Translations under genes and position numbers: made by a program
Assembly: GCA_964548205.1 (NCBI GenBank)
Contig: CAZJPJ010000004.1
Coordinates: forward strand, 21,577 to 85,576
Length of the DNA: 64,000 nt
From: an uncultured Candidatus Saccharibacteria bacterium
Lineage (GTDB): Bacteria; Patescibacteriota; Minisyncoccia; Phycocordibacterales; WO2-35-19
Reading direction: 5' to 3'
Part shown: positions 1-10,099 of the stretch, piece after piece
How positions within the stretch are numbered: position 1 is the first letter of the stretch
Layout of the letters: each line of letters opens with the position of its first letter
The notes under the pieces: model-generated
Told to the model about the DNA's origin: nothing
The model's input: the letters and a program-made list of their open reading frames with translations, nothing else
The model's database searches: none

Positions 1-876
1 CTCTCTTGCAGAGACGCTCGATTCGCTTTCACCCTTTATACCAGTTTCGCTATAAAGAATAGTCTTATAACGATTCACCCTTTCCTTTACCAGATCACTT
101 TCACCATTTGCGTATAATTTCGATTCTGGTTTTTCCTTAAGATAATCAGCTAGCTCAAAAATTGTGTCAGTAGTGTTTTTAGTGTTAAGGAATTTCTCTA
201 GATGAGCTTCATTTATACCAGTAATGATGCCTATATTTGGGCGAACAAGAAGGCAAAGTTCCTCTATGTCACCCTTATAATACTCCCCTAATTCAAAGAT
301 TAGAACTTCCTCGTCAAAATCTAGTGTGTGAATAAATTTAGATATACCGAGTGGAGTATTCTTGTTGTCTGGCGTGGCACTTACTTTAAACTTTTTCGAC
401 AATACAGTTTTGAGCATCTCTTTCATAGTAGTTTTACCAAAAGATCCAGCCACAGCTATTTTTAGAGCCTCATGTTTTTTTAATTTTCTATTAGCCACAC
501 CTATAATCCTTTTTTCAATCGGTTTTTGTAGAAAATTTATGCAAAAAACTAACGCTATCACAAAGATAACTAAGGCAATAGGCCAAAGAATAGCAAAGAC
601 AAAGATTATTAGAAATGTTCCGAAAGCTGATTCCGCAAAAAGAATATACTTAACAGAAATTGCTACATACAAAAGTGCAAAGACCCAAGACAGAAAGTAA
701 ATAACTTTTACTTTTGTAGTAAAGACAAGTGTTTTACGTTTTTCTACATCCCCAAAATTTTGTACTCTTTTATACCAAGTATAAAAATCAGATAATTTGT
801 ATTCGCTCGACTGCATCATATACACCAATGACCTTATGTACCGCAAACTATATTTTGATATCAATCTTTTTATCAT
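1..876 (-). CDS. murF: Mur ligase family protein, MurF-like (UDP-MurNAc-tripeptide--D-Ala-D-Ala ligase-like), 3' end off the window edge. N-terminal ~120 aa contain 2-3 predicted TM helices. Start ATG overlaps the upstream TGA (ATGA).
   Basis: Hand translation of the minus strand gives ...IAVAGSFGKTTMKEML... (Mur ligase P-loop), then TPDNKNTPLGISKF and IFELGEYYKGDIEELCLLVRPNIGIITGINEAHLEKF, which resemble the MurF central domain. A hydrophobic stretch FLSWVFALLYVAISVKYILF...ILWPIALVIFVIALVFCINFL lies upstream. Not in the ORF track because it runs off the edge. Confidence 0.55.
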   Translation of the reverse strand, partial: MIKRLISKYSLRYIRSLVYMMQSSEYKLSDFYTWYKRVQNFGDVEKRKTLVFTTKVKVIYFLSWVFALLYVAISVKYILFAESAFGTFLIIFVFAILWPIALVIFVIALVFCINFLQKPIEKRIIGVANRKLKKHEALKIAVAGSFGKTTMKEMLKTVLSKKFKVSATPDNKNTPLGISKFIHTLDFDEEVLIFELGEYYKGDIEELCLLVRPNIGIITGINEAHLEKFLNTKNTTDTIFELADYLKEKPESKLYANGESDLVKERVNRYKTILYSETGIKGESESSVSARE

Positions 877-1631
877 GGTCTTCTTATGAAATTGACGATT
901 ATATCTTTCACCTTATCCGCTTTCTCTATAAATGAGAAATGACCCGTACCGTCCAACTCCACAAGTTCAGAATTTTTTAGAAGCTTGTGAAGCCTCAAAC
1001 CTTGCTCAACGGGAGTCTCAAGATCATCCTTGCCCCAGATGAGTAAAGTGGGTGTATCTATTTTTTTTGCAAACTGACTCAAATCTTCATCTACCACAAC
1101 TTTGAATATATCTTTCATGTGCCCTGAGTTTATATATCCACTACCGAGCAGCTTATAAAATCTTCTTTTCAATCTGTCTTTGATCAAACTCAAAAAAGGC
1201 AGACTAAATACAAGATCACCAATTTTAGCTAGAGTCATAAATATAAATTTACGCATACCCGCAGTTTTCAAACCAGCAGCAGATATAAGTACAAGTTTTT
1301 CTGCATCTAGAACACCGCTTCCTACACCTTTCAAAATAATACGACCACCAAATGAATGTCCCAATAAGACCTGTGGGGATACCGATATTTTTTCTTGAAA
1401 TTTCTTTACAAAATTTACATAATCAGCTACCGACCAAGTCTCTTTGGGTCTATCACTCCCACCAAAGCCAGGTAGATCCAGACGTACAACCCGATACTCA
1501 TGTGAAAGAAAACCTGATATATCTGCAAAATCACCGGATTCTCTCCACCATCCATGCAAAAGTAGAGCCACTTTCTGATTTGACCCCTCTTCAAAATATT
1601 GAGTTTTTATACCATCAACTATTGTTTGCAT
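873..1631 (-). CDS. alpha/beta-fold hydrolase
   Basis: LLLHGWW near the N-terminus and the GHSFGG nucleophile elbow (GxSxG); length typical of the fold. Confidence 0.7.
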   Translation of the reverse strand: MQTIVDGIKTQYFEEGSNQKVALLLHGWWRESGDFADISGFLSHEYRVVRLDLPGFGGSDRPKETWSVADYVNFVKKFQEKISVSPQVLLGHSFGGRIILKGVGSGVLDAEKLVLISAAGLKTAGMRKFIFMTLAKIGDLVFSLPFLSLIKDRLKRRFYKLLGSGYINSGHMKDIFKVVVDEDLSQFAKKIDTPTLLIWGKDDLETPVEQGLRLHKLLKNSELVELDGTGHFSFIEKADKVKDIIVNFIRRP

Positions 1632-3342
1632 CGTTTACCAAGTATTCTCTTGTATTTCTAGCCATAAAGTCAATAACCTGCCTCATTACAGAAGTGGCTC
1701 CAACTAGGTTTTTTACTGGCCCTTTCTCCATAACCAAAGCGAAGGCATACTTAGGATTTTCATAGGGAAAGAAGCCTACTACCCAAGAATTTACAAACTG
1801 CTTCTTTGCACCGAGTTCTGCTGTACCAGTCTTAGCTGCGATAGCCACATCTTTGGTATTTAGACCTATGGCCGTAGAGTCAGTGACTGCCATACGCATA
1901 CCCTCACGTGCAATCTGAAAATGTTCGCTATCCCCTTCTATCTTTTCATTACTCTGAAGAACAGTTGACGTAGATGTAAACACGAGTGAAGGAGTGACGA
2001 GATGCCCACCATTTGCCAAGGCAGCCACAGCTCGGACAGCTTGTATAGGGGTTATTTGGGTTCCATATTGTCCAATAGATGTATTGTATGTATCACCTAT
2101 CCTCCACTCTTCTCCGTCAAATGTTTTAGCTTTCCATTCTGGATCAGGTATTACGCCGATAGCTTCGCTCCCAAAACCAAAACCGGTATCTCTAGCAAAA
2201 CCGAACTTCTCAAGATATTTTTTTATGTTGGCGACACCAAGACCTTTTTGGCTACCAAAGCCCCCACCAATCTGGTAGAAATATACGTCTGAAGATACAG
2301 CAATAGCCCTTCTCATATCTGTCGCACCATGAGCCTTCCAGTCCTTAAATATAGTGGGGTTGTCGGGATTATAAGGATTTGGTATCACTAAGCGACCGGT
2401 GCTTACGATCTCTCTTTCAGGAGTTATCACACCTTCCTCTAAAGCTGCAAAAGCGAGGAATGGCTTCACGATAGAGCCAGGTGTATAAAGACCATTATTT
2501 ATCCTCTCAAGAAAAGGATTGTCAGGATTTGAAAGATAAGAATTTATAACACCAACATCCGTACCGTCAGTCATCACTTGCGGATTATATTCTGGATAAC
2601 TCGTCATTGCTATTAATTCACCTGAATATATGTCCATTATGGCGCCAGTGCCACCCTTAAAATCAACTTTCTCTGCAAGATTTCTTATTTGTTTGAACAT
2701 TTCGTTTTGAATACGAGAATCAATCGAAAGAAATAAATCTTGGCCAGGTATAGGCTTTTCAACAACATTCTCAGATATAATATCCCCATTTACTGATACT
2801 TCTGAGAGTTTACTGCCGTTATACCCAGCAATAGCATCGTTCATATATAGTTCTACACCATCTTTTGGATCATAAGCTGCATTTATAAAGTAACCATTTG
2901 CATCCAAAGCGGGATTCTTCACAAACCCTAGCAATAAACCGAAGCCCTCTTCGTCAATGTACTTCCTTTGGGGAAATAATAGATCGGTAGATGTAGAAAA
3001 ATTATAAATCAGCTTTTCACCATTCCTACTATAAACTGTACCTCGAGGGGCTATTAGTAAACTTTTTTTCAAACTATTGTTGATACTACGTTCTCTAAAC
3101 ATATCTCCGTCTACTATCTGCAATGAATACAATTTTGTAGTAAAAACAAACAGTGTAATAACAATAAGGATTGTAGTGAAAATATATGAATACCTACTGA
3201 TTGGTCTTTCCAATCGACCCTCCATCTGATATTTATCAAAATCTGGTAAATTCCTAGAATCCAAAAAAACTTCGTCCGGATATATCTCCGACTTCGATTT
3301 TGAACTAATACGCCTGAGTGTACGTTTTAAACTTCCGAACAT
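1615..3342 (-). CDS. mrdA: penicillin-binding protein 2 (peptidoglycan D,D-transpeptidase), elongasome-associated
   Basis: N-terminal TM. SxxK (GSIVKPF) and KTG (AKTGTAE) motifs. Sits directly downstream of mreBCD. Confidence 0.85.
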   Translation of the reverse strand: MFGSLKRTLRRISSKSKSEIYPDEVFLDSRNLPDFDKYQMEGRLERPISRYSYIFTTILIVITLFVFTTKLYSLQIVDGDMFRERSINNSLKKSLLIAPRGTVYSRNGEKLIYNFSTSTDLLFPQRKYIDEEGFGLLLGFVKNPALDANGYFINAAYDPKDGVELYMNDAIAGYNGSKLSEVSVNGDIISENVVEKPIPGQDLFLSIDSRIQNEMFKQIRNLAEKVDFKGGTGAIMDIYSGELIAMTSYPEYNPQVMTDGTDVGVINSYLSNPDNPFLERINNGLYTPGSIVKPFLAFAALEEGVITPEREIVSTGRLVIPNPYNPDNPTIFKDWKAHGATDMRRAIAVSSDVYFYQIGGGFGSQKGLGVANIKKYLEKFGFARDTGFGFGSEAIGVIPDPEWKAKTFDGEEWRIGDTYNTSIGQYGTQITPIQAVRAVAALANGGHLVTPSLVFTSTSTVLQSNEKIEGDSEHFQIAREGMRMAVTDSTAIGLNTKDVAIAAKTGTAELGAKKQFVNSWVVGFFPYENPKYAFALVMEKGPVKNLVGATSVMRQVIDFMARNTREYLVNDANNS

Positions 3343-3351
3343 AAGATGATT

Positions 3352-3624
3352 TTACAATATTTTTCTCCATTCGACCCTATCCGAAAGTAAATTTACCAAA
3401 AAAAATACCACTAGAGACAGGATTGAAAAAGTATAGTTAAATACAAAACCGTCTCCTGTATAAAATAGTACATCACCAACAGCCCCCCAAAAAAATATCT
3501 CGATCGGGTTTCTAACCAATATCGGATAAATTATCATCGATATAATAAGAAACCACCAACCAAAAACAGTGCTTAAAACTAACATCAGAAGAGAAGAAAC
3601 GAATCTTAGAAAAACCTTATCCAT
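3352..3624 (-). CDS. mreD: rod shape-determining protein MreD-like small membrane protein
   Basis: 90 aa, entirely hydrophobic, positioned between mreC and the PBP2 gene. Confidence 0.5.
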   Translation of the reverse strand: MDKVFLRFVSSLLMLVLSTVFGWWFLIISMIIYPILVRNPIEIFFWGAVGDVLFYTGDGFVFNYTFSILSLVVFFLVNLLSDRVEWRKIL

Positions 3625-4427
3625 CAGTTTGAATTATCAATGACGTAGAGTGTATCCGTTTTCCTGATATCGAAAGGCAGGGACAACAATATTGTTTTAT
3701 TACCCAAACTATCAGCTTCTTTTATAGATCCTACAACTGCCAAAGTATAGTTGCCGATATAGTTCATGATTATTTTATCTCCGATATCAATATCAAAATC
3801 TTCTGGGACTACTGATTCAAAATTACCACTAGATATACCCTCAATATCCATGACTTCAAGCGTCCTTGATACATAACCGGTATGCTTGGTATTGTTATAA
3901 GAATTTATCTTCACAATAGATGTGTCAGTAAACACTTCAGTAATATATCCAAAAGCAGTATTTTCAGAAGCAAGAACCAACTGACCAACTTTAACACCAT
4001 CTGTTTCACCTATATTTATAATAACCGTGTCAAACAATGTCTGTGGAGATCGAGCTGTTACAGAAGCTCTTAAGAAAGAGCCCTTGATGTTGATACCCAG
4101 TTCATTTTTTAACTTACGACTTTCAAGGTACAGTGCGTCATAATCACTCTCTTTTAGTTTCAATTCAAAATTTTCTTCTTCTAAGTTTTTTATCCTATCT
4201 AAAAGCTCAGCTCTCGACGATAACCAAGTAGGAGTCAGGTCAATGTTTTGATACAATACCCTACCCCAAGAAAAATACTGTAAAAAAAATCTGGCTACAA
4301 CACTTCGAACCGAGCCGTTAGAAAATAAAAAAAATATCAGCAAAGCTGAAACAACTGATTTGTATAAAAATTTTGATTCTCTTCTTCTGTTATTATGTAA
4401 GCTCATTATCTTCGTTGAGTAACACAC
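3624..4427 (-). CDS. mreC: rod shape-determining protein MreC
   Basis: N-terminal TM, a coiled-coil segment (LEEENFELKLKESDYDALYLESRKLKNEL) and a beta-rich C-terminus; lies between mreB and mreD. Confidence 0.8.
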   Translation of the reverse strand: MCYSTKIMSLHNNRRRESKFLYKSVVSALLIFFLFSNGSVRSVVARFFLQYFSWGRVLYQNIDLTPTWLSSRAELLDRIKNLEEENFELKLKESDYDALYLESRKLKNELGINIKGSFLRASVTARSPQTLFDTVIINIGETDGVKVGQLVLASENTAFGYITEVFTDTSIVKINSYNNTKHTGYVSRTLEVMDIEGISSGNFESVVPEDFDIDIGDKIIMNYIGNYTLAVVGSIKEADSLGNKTILLSLPFDIRKTDTLYVIDNSN

Positions 4428-5475
4428 TCTTATACTTATCTAGATTCTCTAAAATAATACCCGTGCCCCTAACGACACAACTAAGTGGATTGTCTGCTAC
4501 ATAGACTGGTATTTTAGTTTCTTCGTGCAAAACATCTGCGATCCCTTTTATCAGCGCCCCACCACCAGCAAGATACAACCCTCTATGCATCACATCTGAC
4601 AAGATCTCTGGTGGAGTGACTTCAAGTACTTCCTTGGTTGCAATAACTAGCCGCTCGATTGAATTAGATATAGCATCTCTTACATCGACATCGGTCACAA
4701 CAACTTCCTTAGGCAAGCCACTTATTAGGTCCCTACCCCTTACTGCAATCTCTAGTGCTTCGTTACCAGGGATCAGTGCAGTTATGTTGGTCTTTATGAG
4801 TTCAGCCGTTTTTTCACCAATTACTATTTTAAACTCACTTCTTACATACGTAGCTATATCATTGTCCAGTTTGTCCCCTGCAATCTTTATGTTTTTAGAC
4901 CTTATAATACCCCCAGCAGATATGACAGCAATATCAGCAGTACCTCCTCCTATGTCTATAACCATATTGCCGATAGGTTCAAATATAGGCAGGTGCATAC
5001 CAACTGCTGCAGCTACAGGCTCTTCTATCAGATATACTTCACTTGCCCCTGCATTGCGAGTAGCATCTCGAACAGCCCGTGTCTCAACGTTTGTTATGCC
5101 AGATGGAACACCTACCACTACTCTAGGGCCCAAAATCCTACGAGATATGTTACCCACCTTATTCAACATATAGAAAATCATTTCTTCCGTAACCTCAAAA
5201 TCAGATATTACTCCATCGACAATAGGTCTTATAACTTCAATATGAGCCGGAGTTCTCCCAAGCATACTTCTGGCATCATTACCCACAGCTACAACCTGAT
5301 TAGTCTTGCGATTTATAGCGACAACAGAAGGCTCATTTATGACAATGCCTTTACCTTTTATGTAAACTAAAATATTGGCCGTACCGAGATCAATACCGAC
5401 ATCATTTTTCAGCAAGCTATGCCATTTTGATAATTTTTCAATAAATTTCATCGATTGATAGCATTTTAATTTCAC
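4393..5475 (-). CDS. mreB: rod shape-determining protein MreB (actin-like ATPase). The true start is probably downstream of the track start.
   Basis: VGIDLGTANILVY and DIGGGTADIAVIS phosphate-binding motifs. Confidence 0.9.
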   Translation of the reverse strand: MKLKCYQSMKFIEKLSKWHSLLKNDVGIDLGTANILVYIKGKGIVINEPSVVAINRKTNQVVAVGNDARSMLGRTPAHIEVIRPIVDGVISDFEVTEEMIFYMLNKVGNISRRILGPRVVVGVPSGITNVETRAVRDATRNAGASEVYLIEEPVAAAVGMHLPIFEPIGNMVIDIGGGTADIAVISAGGIIRSKNIKIAGDKLDNDIATYVRSEFKIVIGEKTAELIKTNITALIPGNEALEIAVRGRDLISGLPKEVVVTDVDVRDAISNSIERLVIATKEVLEVTPPEILSDVMHRGLYLAGGGALIKGIADVLHEETKIPVYVADNPLSCVVRGTGIILENLDKYKSVLLNEDNELT

Positions 5476-6673
5476 CTGTTTTTCTATTCTTTACTTCAAA
5501 CTTTCCAGATTCAATATTCTTTTCGCTCACTATGATTTGGTAAGGCATACCCAAGAGATCTGCATCTGCAAACTTTTCCCCAGCCCTTGCTTCTTTGTCA
5601 GCATAGAAACAATTGTTTTCTCCCAACTTCTTGTAAATCATTTCACTAACCTCCTTTACCTTACTGTTTTCTGAACTTATCTCTACAATATGATATCTAA
5701 ACGGAGCTACTTCTTCTGGCCAAGCCATACCTTTTTCATCTGAAAGCACTTCTACCAACACGCCCAAGAGTCTTGTTATACCAATACCGTAAGAACTTAG
5801 AAATACCGGCTTTCTTGCGCCATCTAGGTCTGTAAAGTAGAGCCCCAATTGCTCGCTTTTTTTTGTACCAAAATTAAATATGTTGCCGACTTCTGCTGCT
5901 TTTTTTTCTTCAAAATCAGCGCTAGTCTTTCCTAAAGACGCAAGAGTGTCAGTATTGAAAACCTCTTGATTTACTGCCTGTTTATTATCTTTAGATACAA
6001 AGATTACATCTTCGCCAGCATCAGTCAAAGTTTGAAATTCGTGACTAAACTTATCAGTAAAGGCGCCGCCAGAAGCACTTGTAACAAATGTGGACTCACC
6101 TATACCTATTCGCGCAAAAACTTTTCTGTATGAATCAATAACTCTGTTATAAAAATTATTATTCTCCTCTTCACTCTTTGCAAAGTAATACATATCTTTC
6201 ATCAAGAACTCTCTGCAACGCATGATGCCACTCTTTGCTCTAACTTCATTTCTAAGCTTATTCTGAAATTGGTGTACCGCGACAGGTAAATCGTTGTAGC
6301 TAGAGACATTGCCTTTCATTATCTCTGATATTGGTTCTTCATGTGACCAACCAAAACCCACCTCGCCACCAGCCTGCAAATTTGATTTAAACCAAACATC
6401 TACGTTTTTATCATCCCATCTATCTGTCTTTTGCCACAATTCTTTATTCTGCAACGTTGAGGCTAAAAGCTCTACAGAAGAAAGTAGCTGCATTTCTTCA
6501 TCGACTATTTTTTTTATCTTCTGCACCACCAAAAACCCCAGCGGCAATAAAGAATATACTCCGGCCATCTCTTTATGGATATAACCACCACGTATTAAGA
6601 GTATTGCGTTTTTAGATGACTCGTCACTCGGTGCCTCTCTTCTGGTCTTGGTAAAAAGCTCACTTTGTCTCAT
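5438..6673 (-). CDS. proS: prolyl-tRNA synthetase (short form without an editing insertion)
   Basis: N-terminus MRQSELFTKTRRE... matches class II ProRS; the C-terminal anticodon-binding region resembles ProRS. Confidence 0.85.
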   Translation of the reverse strand: MRQSELFTKTRREAPSDESSKNAILLIRGGYIHKEMAGVYSLLPLGFLVVQKIKKIVDEEMQLLSSVELLASTLQNKELWQKTDRWDDKNVDVWFKSNLQAGGEVGFGWSHEEPISEIMKGNVSSYNDLPVAVHQFQNKLRNEVRAKSGIMRCREFLMKDMYYFAKSEEENNNFYNRVIDSYRKVFARIGIGESTFVTSASGGAFTDKFSHEFQTLTDAGEDVIFVSKDNKQAVNQEVFNTDTLASLGKTSADFEEKKAAEVGNIFNFGTKKSEQLGLYFTDLDGARKPVFLSSYGIGITRLLGVLVEVLSDEKGMAWPEEVAPFRYHIVEISSENSKVKEVSEMIYKKLGENNCFYADKEARAGEKFADADLLGMPYQIIVSEKNIESGKFEVKNRKTGEIKMLSIDEIY

Positions 6674-6706
6674 ATGGAGACAATCATATCAAAAGAAGTA
6701 CCAATT

Positions 6707-7798
6707 TCAAAGGAGGTTTGATATATCTTTTGCTGTTACAACAACCATGAGAACGATCAGTATGATAAATCCGATCAAGTTTGCCATACTTGCAAAACGC
6801 GGATTAAGAGGAGATCCTTTTATTGATTCTACCAAAACAAATAGCAACCTGCCCCCATCGAGTGCTGGAAATGGTATGAGGTTTATAACTGCAAGATTTA
6901 TAGATATCAGAGCGGTAAATGTAAGAAGATAAACAAATCCAAGTCTCGACGCATCTCCGACCAAACCAACTATCCCTATAGGCCCTGTAATACCTGAAAG
7001 GTCTGTCTCTGATTTGAATACTGACAACACCAGATCAAGGAGTCCGGTAACTGTCATTTTGGTCAATCTGGTTGCAAGTTTTACACCTTCTAAAAGAGAT
7101 TGAAAGAAAGGCAATCTTACCGTGCCCACCGTATCCATACTTATACCTATAGCTTTTCTACCTGAAACAATACCTGATTGTGGAGTTACTTCGACAAACA
7201 TGCCGTCATCTCCACGAGCAATACTCAGCAAAATATCCCCCTCTGCGCTATTAATAAAATCACTTACACTTTGGCTATCAACTTCATCTATAACTCTAGA
7301 ATCAGAAATAGACAGTATCACGTCACCGCTCTTTATTTGTGCTTCCGATGCAGGGCTGTTTGGCATAACAGAAGTTATAGTTAGCTTAGGATTTTCTACT
7401 ACTGCACCAAAATCATTGTCACTTGTAGTCGGCATACCAGACATAAAGGCTAGTGCAAACAAGAAACAGGCAAATATGAAATTGAACAGTACTCCCGCCA
7501 CCAAAATCAGAGCCTGCGAAATCTTTGAGACCTCAGTAAAACTTTTACCTACCTTTGTTGATCCGTCTTCATCTTCTTCTGTATAATTTTCACCAAATAT
7601 TTTTACAAAACCACCAAACGGTACCCAGTTTAACGTAAAGATGGTTCCCCACTTTTTTGTTATAGTTAGAGCCCTAGGAGGATACCCAAAACCAAATTCA
7701 TCGACTCTTACACCTGCTTTTTTTGCAAACAAAAAATGCCCACACTCGTGTACAAGCACAAGAATTCCGAGTATTAATATAAAGATTATTATCGTCAT
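6707..7798 (-). CDS. rseP: RIP zinc metalloprotease RseP (site-2 protease) with a PDZ domain
   Basis: HECGHFLFAKKAG HExxH motif inside TM1, a central PDZ-like region, and multiple TMs. Confidence 0.85.
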   Translation of the reverse strand: MTIIIFILILGILVLVHECGHFLFAKKAGVRVDEFGFGYPPRALTITKKWGTIFTLNWVPFGGFVKIFGENYTEEDEDGSTKVGKSFTEVSKISQALILVAGVLFNFIFACFLFALAFMSGMPTTSDNDFGAVVENPKLTITSVMPNSPASEAQIKSGDVILSISDSRVIDEVDSQSVSDFINSAEGDILLSIARGDDGMFVEVTPQSGIVSGRKAIGISMDTVGTVRLPFFQSLLEGVKLATRLTKMTVTGLLDLVLSVFKSETDLSGITGPIGIVGLVGDASRLGFVYLLTFTALISINLAVINLIPFPALDGGRLLFVLVESIKGSPLNPRFASMANLIGFIILIVLMVVVTAKDISNLL

Positions 7799-8346
7799 TA
7801 TTGCTTTATTTCTTTCTCCTTCTTTAAGGCCATCTCATCTAGCCCCTTAGAAGTTTCATCAATTATTTTTTGCATTTCTTCCTTCAACCTAAACTTCATG
7901 TCTTCGCTTATCTCTCCAGACTTCTCATCATCTTGGATCTGACTCCATTCTTTGTCTCTTACATTTCTTAGAGAAATTTTTGATTCTTCTAGTTTCTTAC
8001 GAGTCAATTTTACAAACTCGTCTCTTCTCTCAGAAGTTAATTCTGGGAAAATTATCCTGACACCCTTTTCATACGGAGAAGAGCCAAGACCCAGGTTTGA
8101 GGTAGCTATAGCCCTTTCGATATCCTTTATGATACTGAGGTCATAAGGTTCTACTCTTATAGTTTTCGGATCTTCAAGGTTTATAGAGGCAAGCTCCTTG
8201 ATGGACATCTTAGACCCGTAAGCATCGACCATAATACTATCGAGCATAGCCGTAGCCGCTCTACCTGTACGTATAGCGGACAATTCTTTTTCAAAAAAAT
8301 CCTTTACTTCTTTTGTTTTGTTTTTAAGATTAGAGAAATCTTTCAT
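7798..8346 (-). CDS. frr: ribosome recycling factor
   Basis: RTGRAATAMLDSIMVDAYG... signature, 182 aa. Confidence 0.9.
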   Translation of the reverse strand: MKDFSNLKNKTKEVKDFFEKELSAIRTGRAATAMLDSIMVDAYGSKMSIKELASINLEDPKTIRVEPYDLSIIKDIERAIATSNLGLGSSPYEKGVRIIFPELTSERRDEFVKLTRKKLEESKISLRNVRDKEWSQIQDDEKSGEISEDMKFRLKEEMQKIIDETSKGLDEMALKKEKEIKQ

Positions 8347-8379
8347 CGGTATTTTTATTATTTTCCCATTCTAAATTAT

Positions 8380-9000
8380 TTATAGATAATAAGCCAGCCA
8401 CTCAAGAATCATCTTATGAGATACGCCTTTTTGTAGAGCGTACTTCAGTCCCAACATGATTTTCTCTAATTCTTTATAATTGCGATCTTTCTTTTCCTTG
8501 AAGTATAACTCAGCCTCTTCAATGAGATTTGGCAAGCTTTCTTTGTCTAGATTTTTCTTATCTCTTATTATCTCTAATCTAGATTTCATATCTTTGTCCC
8601 AGAAATCTGATTTGGTAGGAGCGGCCACAAGATCATGGGTTATCATCCTAGATCTAAGAGTTGGCAGTATAAATTTTTGGTTTTTTATGATGATATAGAG
8701 ATATGTCCACGACCTTATCTCTTCAACTTCTTTCAGCAAGGCATTCTGAGACTCTACAGTCATAGAACTTGTAACAATGACGCACACCTTCCTATCGCCT
8801 ACAGGTTTCAATTTTGCCCACTCTTCAAAAAAACGGGAGTCATCGATGCCAAAATTGACCACATCTATCACCAGAAAATCTGGATTACCGAGAACACTAT
8901 ATCCACTTGCCTCAAGTCTTGATTTTATTTGGCAAAAAGCCTCCTTTCCACCAAACACCAAGTTTGCTTGGTGCATTTTGTCTAAACTCTCAAAAAACAT
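8380..9000 (-). CDS. holB: DNA polymerase III delta-prime-like clamp-loader subunit, N-terminally short
   Basis: QNALLKEVEE ... ILPTLRSRM resembles the AxNALLKxLEEPP and SRC sensor motifs of delta-prime. No Walker A is present. Confidence 0.5.
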   Translation of the reverse strand: MFFESLDKMHQANLVFGGKEAFCQIKSRLEASGYSVLGNPDFLVIDVVNFGIDDSRFFEEWAKLKPVGDRKVCVIVTSSMTVESQNALLKEVEEIRSWTYLYIIIKNQKFILPTLRSRMITHDLVAAPTKSDFWDKDMKSRLEIIRDKKNLDKESLPNLIEEAELYFKEKKDRNYKELEKIMLGLKYALQKGVSHKMILEWLAYYL

Positions 9001-9003
9001 ATT

Positions 9004-10053
9004 TTATCTTTTTGATACAGAAGCTCTCTTATAAGCATCGAGGTGATCTAATGCAATTCCGGCACCTTTTACAACACAATACAGAGACTCATCAGCAAGT
9101 GCGGCTTTCACTCCTATCCTACGCAAAACCAACTCTGGAAAATTGCGAAGATTCGATGTTCCTCCAGTCATAATGATACCGTTATCTATAATATCGGCAG
9201 CCAATTCAGGTGGAGTATTTTCCAAAGCTTGCTTCATGGCTTGGATCATTTCTCTAAGTTCTTTAGTGATAGCTTTTACCACCTCGTTGGTTTTTAGTTC
9301 AATAATTTTCGGCAAGCCAGAGACTACATCCCTACCCTTCACATTCATCGACAATTCCTCAGATATTGGCAAAGCCGAACCTATCCCTATCTTTACTTCT
9401 TCGGCCATCTTGTCACCGATAAAGATATTGAATGTTTTCTTTACATAGTCGACTATGGCTTCATCTATCCTATTGCCCGCACATTTGACGCTAGTAGAAG
9501 CTACAATACCCCCAAGCGATATAACCGCGACATCTGTAGTACCACCACCTATATCCACAATCATATGACCTTGAGCTTCATATATTGGGATACCAGCTCC
9601 GATAGCGGCGAGAATCGGCTCCTTTACCACATAAGCATTTCTTGCTCCAGCCTTTATAGCAGCCTCAATCACAGCCCTCCTTTCAGTCGAAGTGATACCA
9701 GCTGGTACAGATATGAGAACTTCTGGTTTTATGAAATTCCACCTACCTAAAGCTTTATGAATATAATACTTCAACATAGCTTCTGTCACTTTATAATCCG
9801 CTATGACTCCATCTTTGAGAGGCCTATAAGCGGCAATAGCATCTGGGGTCCTACCAACCATCACTTTGGCATCGTTACCGACTGCCAATATCTTGTTATT
9901 GTCTAAAGATACAGCAACAACTGAAGGTTCGTTTAAAACTACACCACTTCCTGGTAAAAATACGAGAGTATTAGCTGTACCTAGATCTATACCGAGTTTT
10001 TTGGAGAAAAGAGACATAAAGGATAATATACAAGTTTTTTGCATCATCTTCAA
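9004..10053 (-). CDS. second MreB/Mbl-family actin-like protein (paralog)
   Basis: LGIDLGTANTLVF and DIGGGTTDVAVIS motifs; 349 aa. Confidence 0.8.
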   Translation of the reverse strand: MKMMQKTCILSFMSLFSKKLGIDLGTANTLVFLPGSGVVLNEPSVVAVSLDNNKILAVGNDAKVMVGRTPDAIAAYRPLKDGVIADYKVTEAMLKYYIHKALGRWNFIKPEVLISVPAGITSTERRAVIEAAIKAGARNAYVVKEPILAAIGAGIPIYEAQGHMIVDIGGGTTDVAVISLGGIVASTSVKCAGNRIDEAIVDYVKKTFNIFIGDKMAEEVKIGIGSALPISEELSMNVKGRDVVSGLPKIIELKTNEVVKAITKELREMIQAMKQALENTPPELAADIIDNGIIMTGGTSNLRNFPELVLRRIGVKAALADESLYCVVKGAGIALDHLDAYKRASVSKR

Positions 10054-10099
10054 CCCATTATTTCTTGCGTCTTAGAGCATTCTCTATTTTACTTATACT

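Noticed and set aside
362-1398. Track ORFs 362..700, 729..935 and 1180..1398 on the plus strand
   Set aside because: They are shadow ORFs overlapping the minus-strand murF-like and hydrolase genes. They have no Shine-Dalgarno sites and low-complexity hydrophobic translations.
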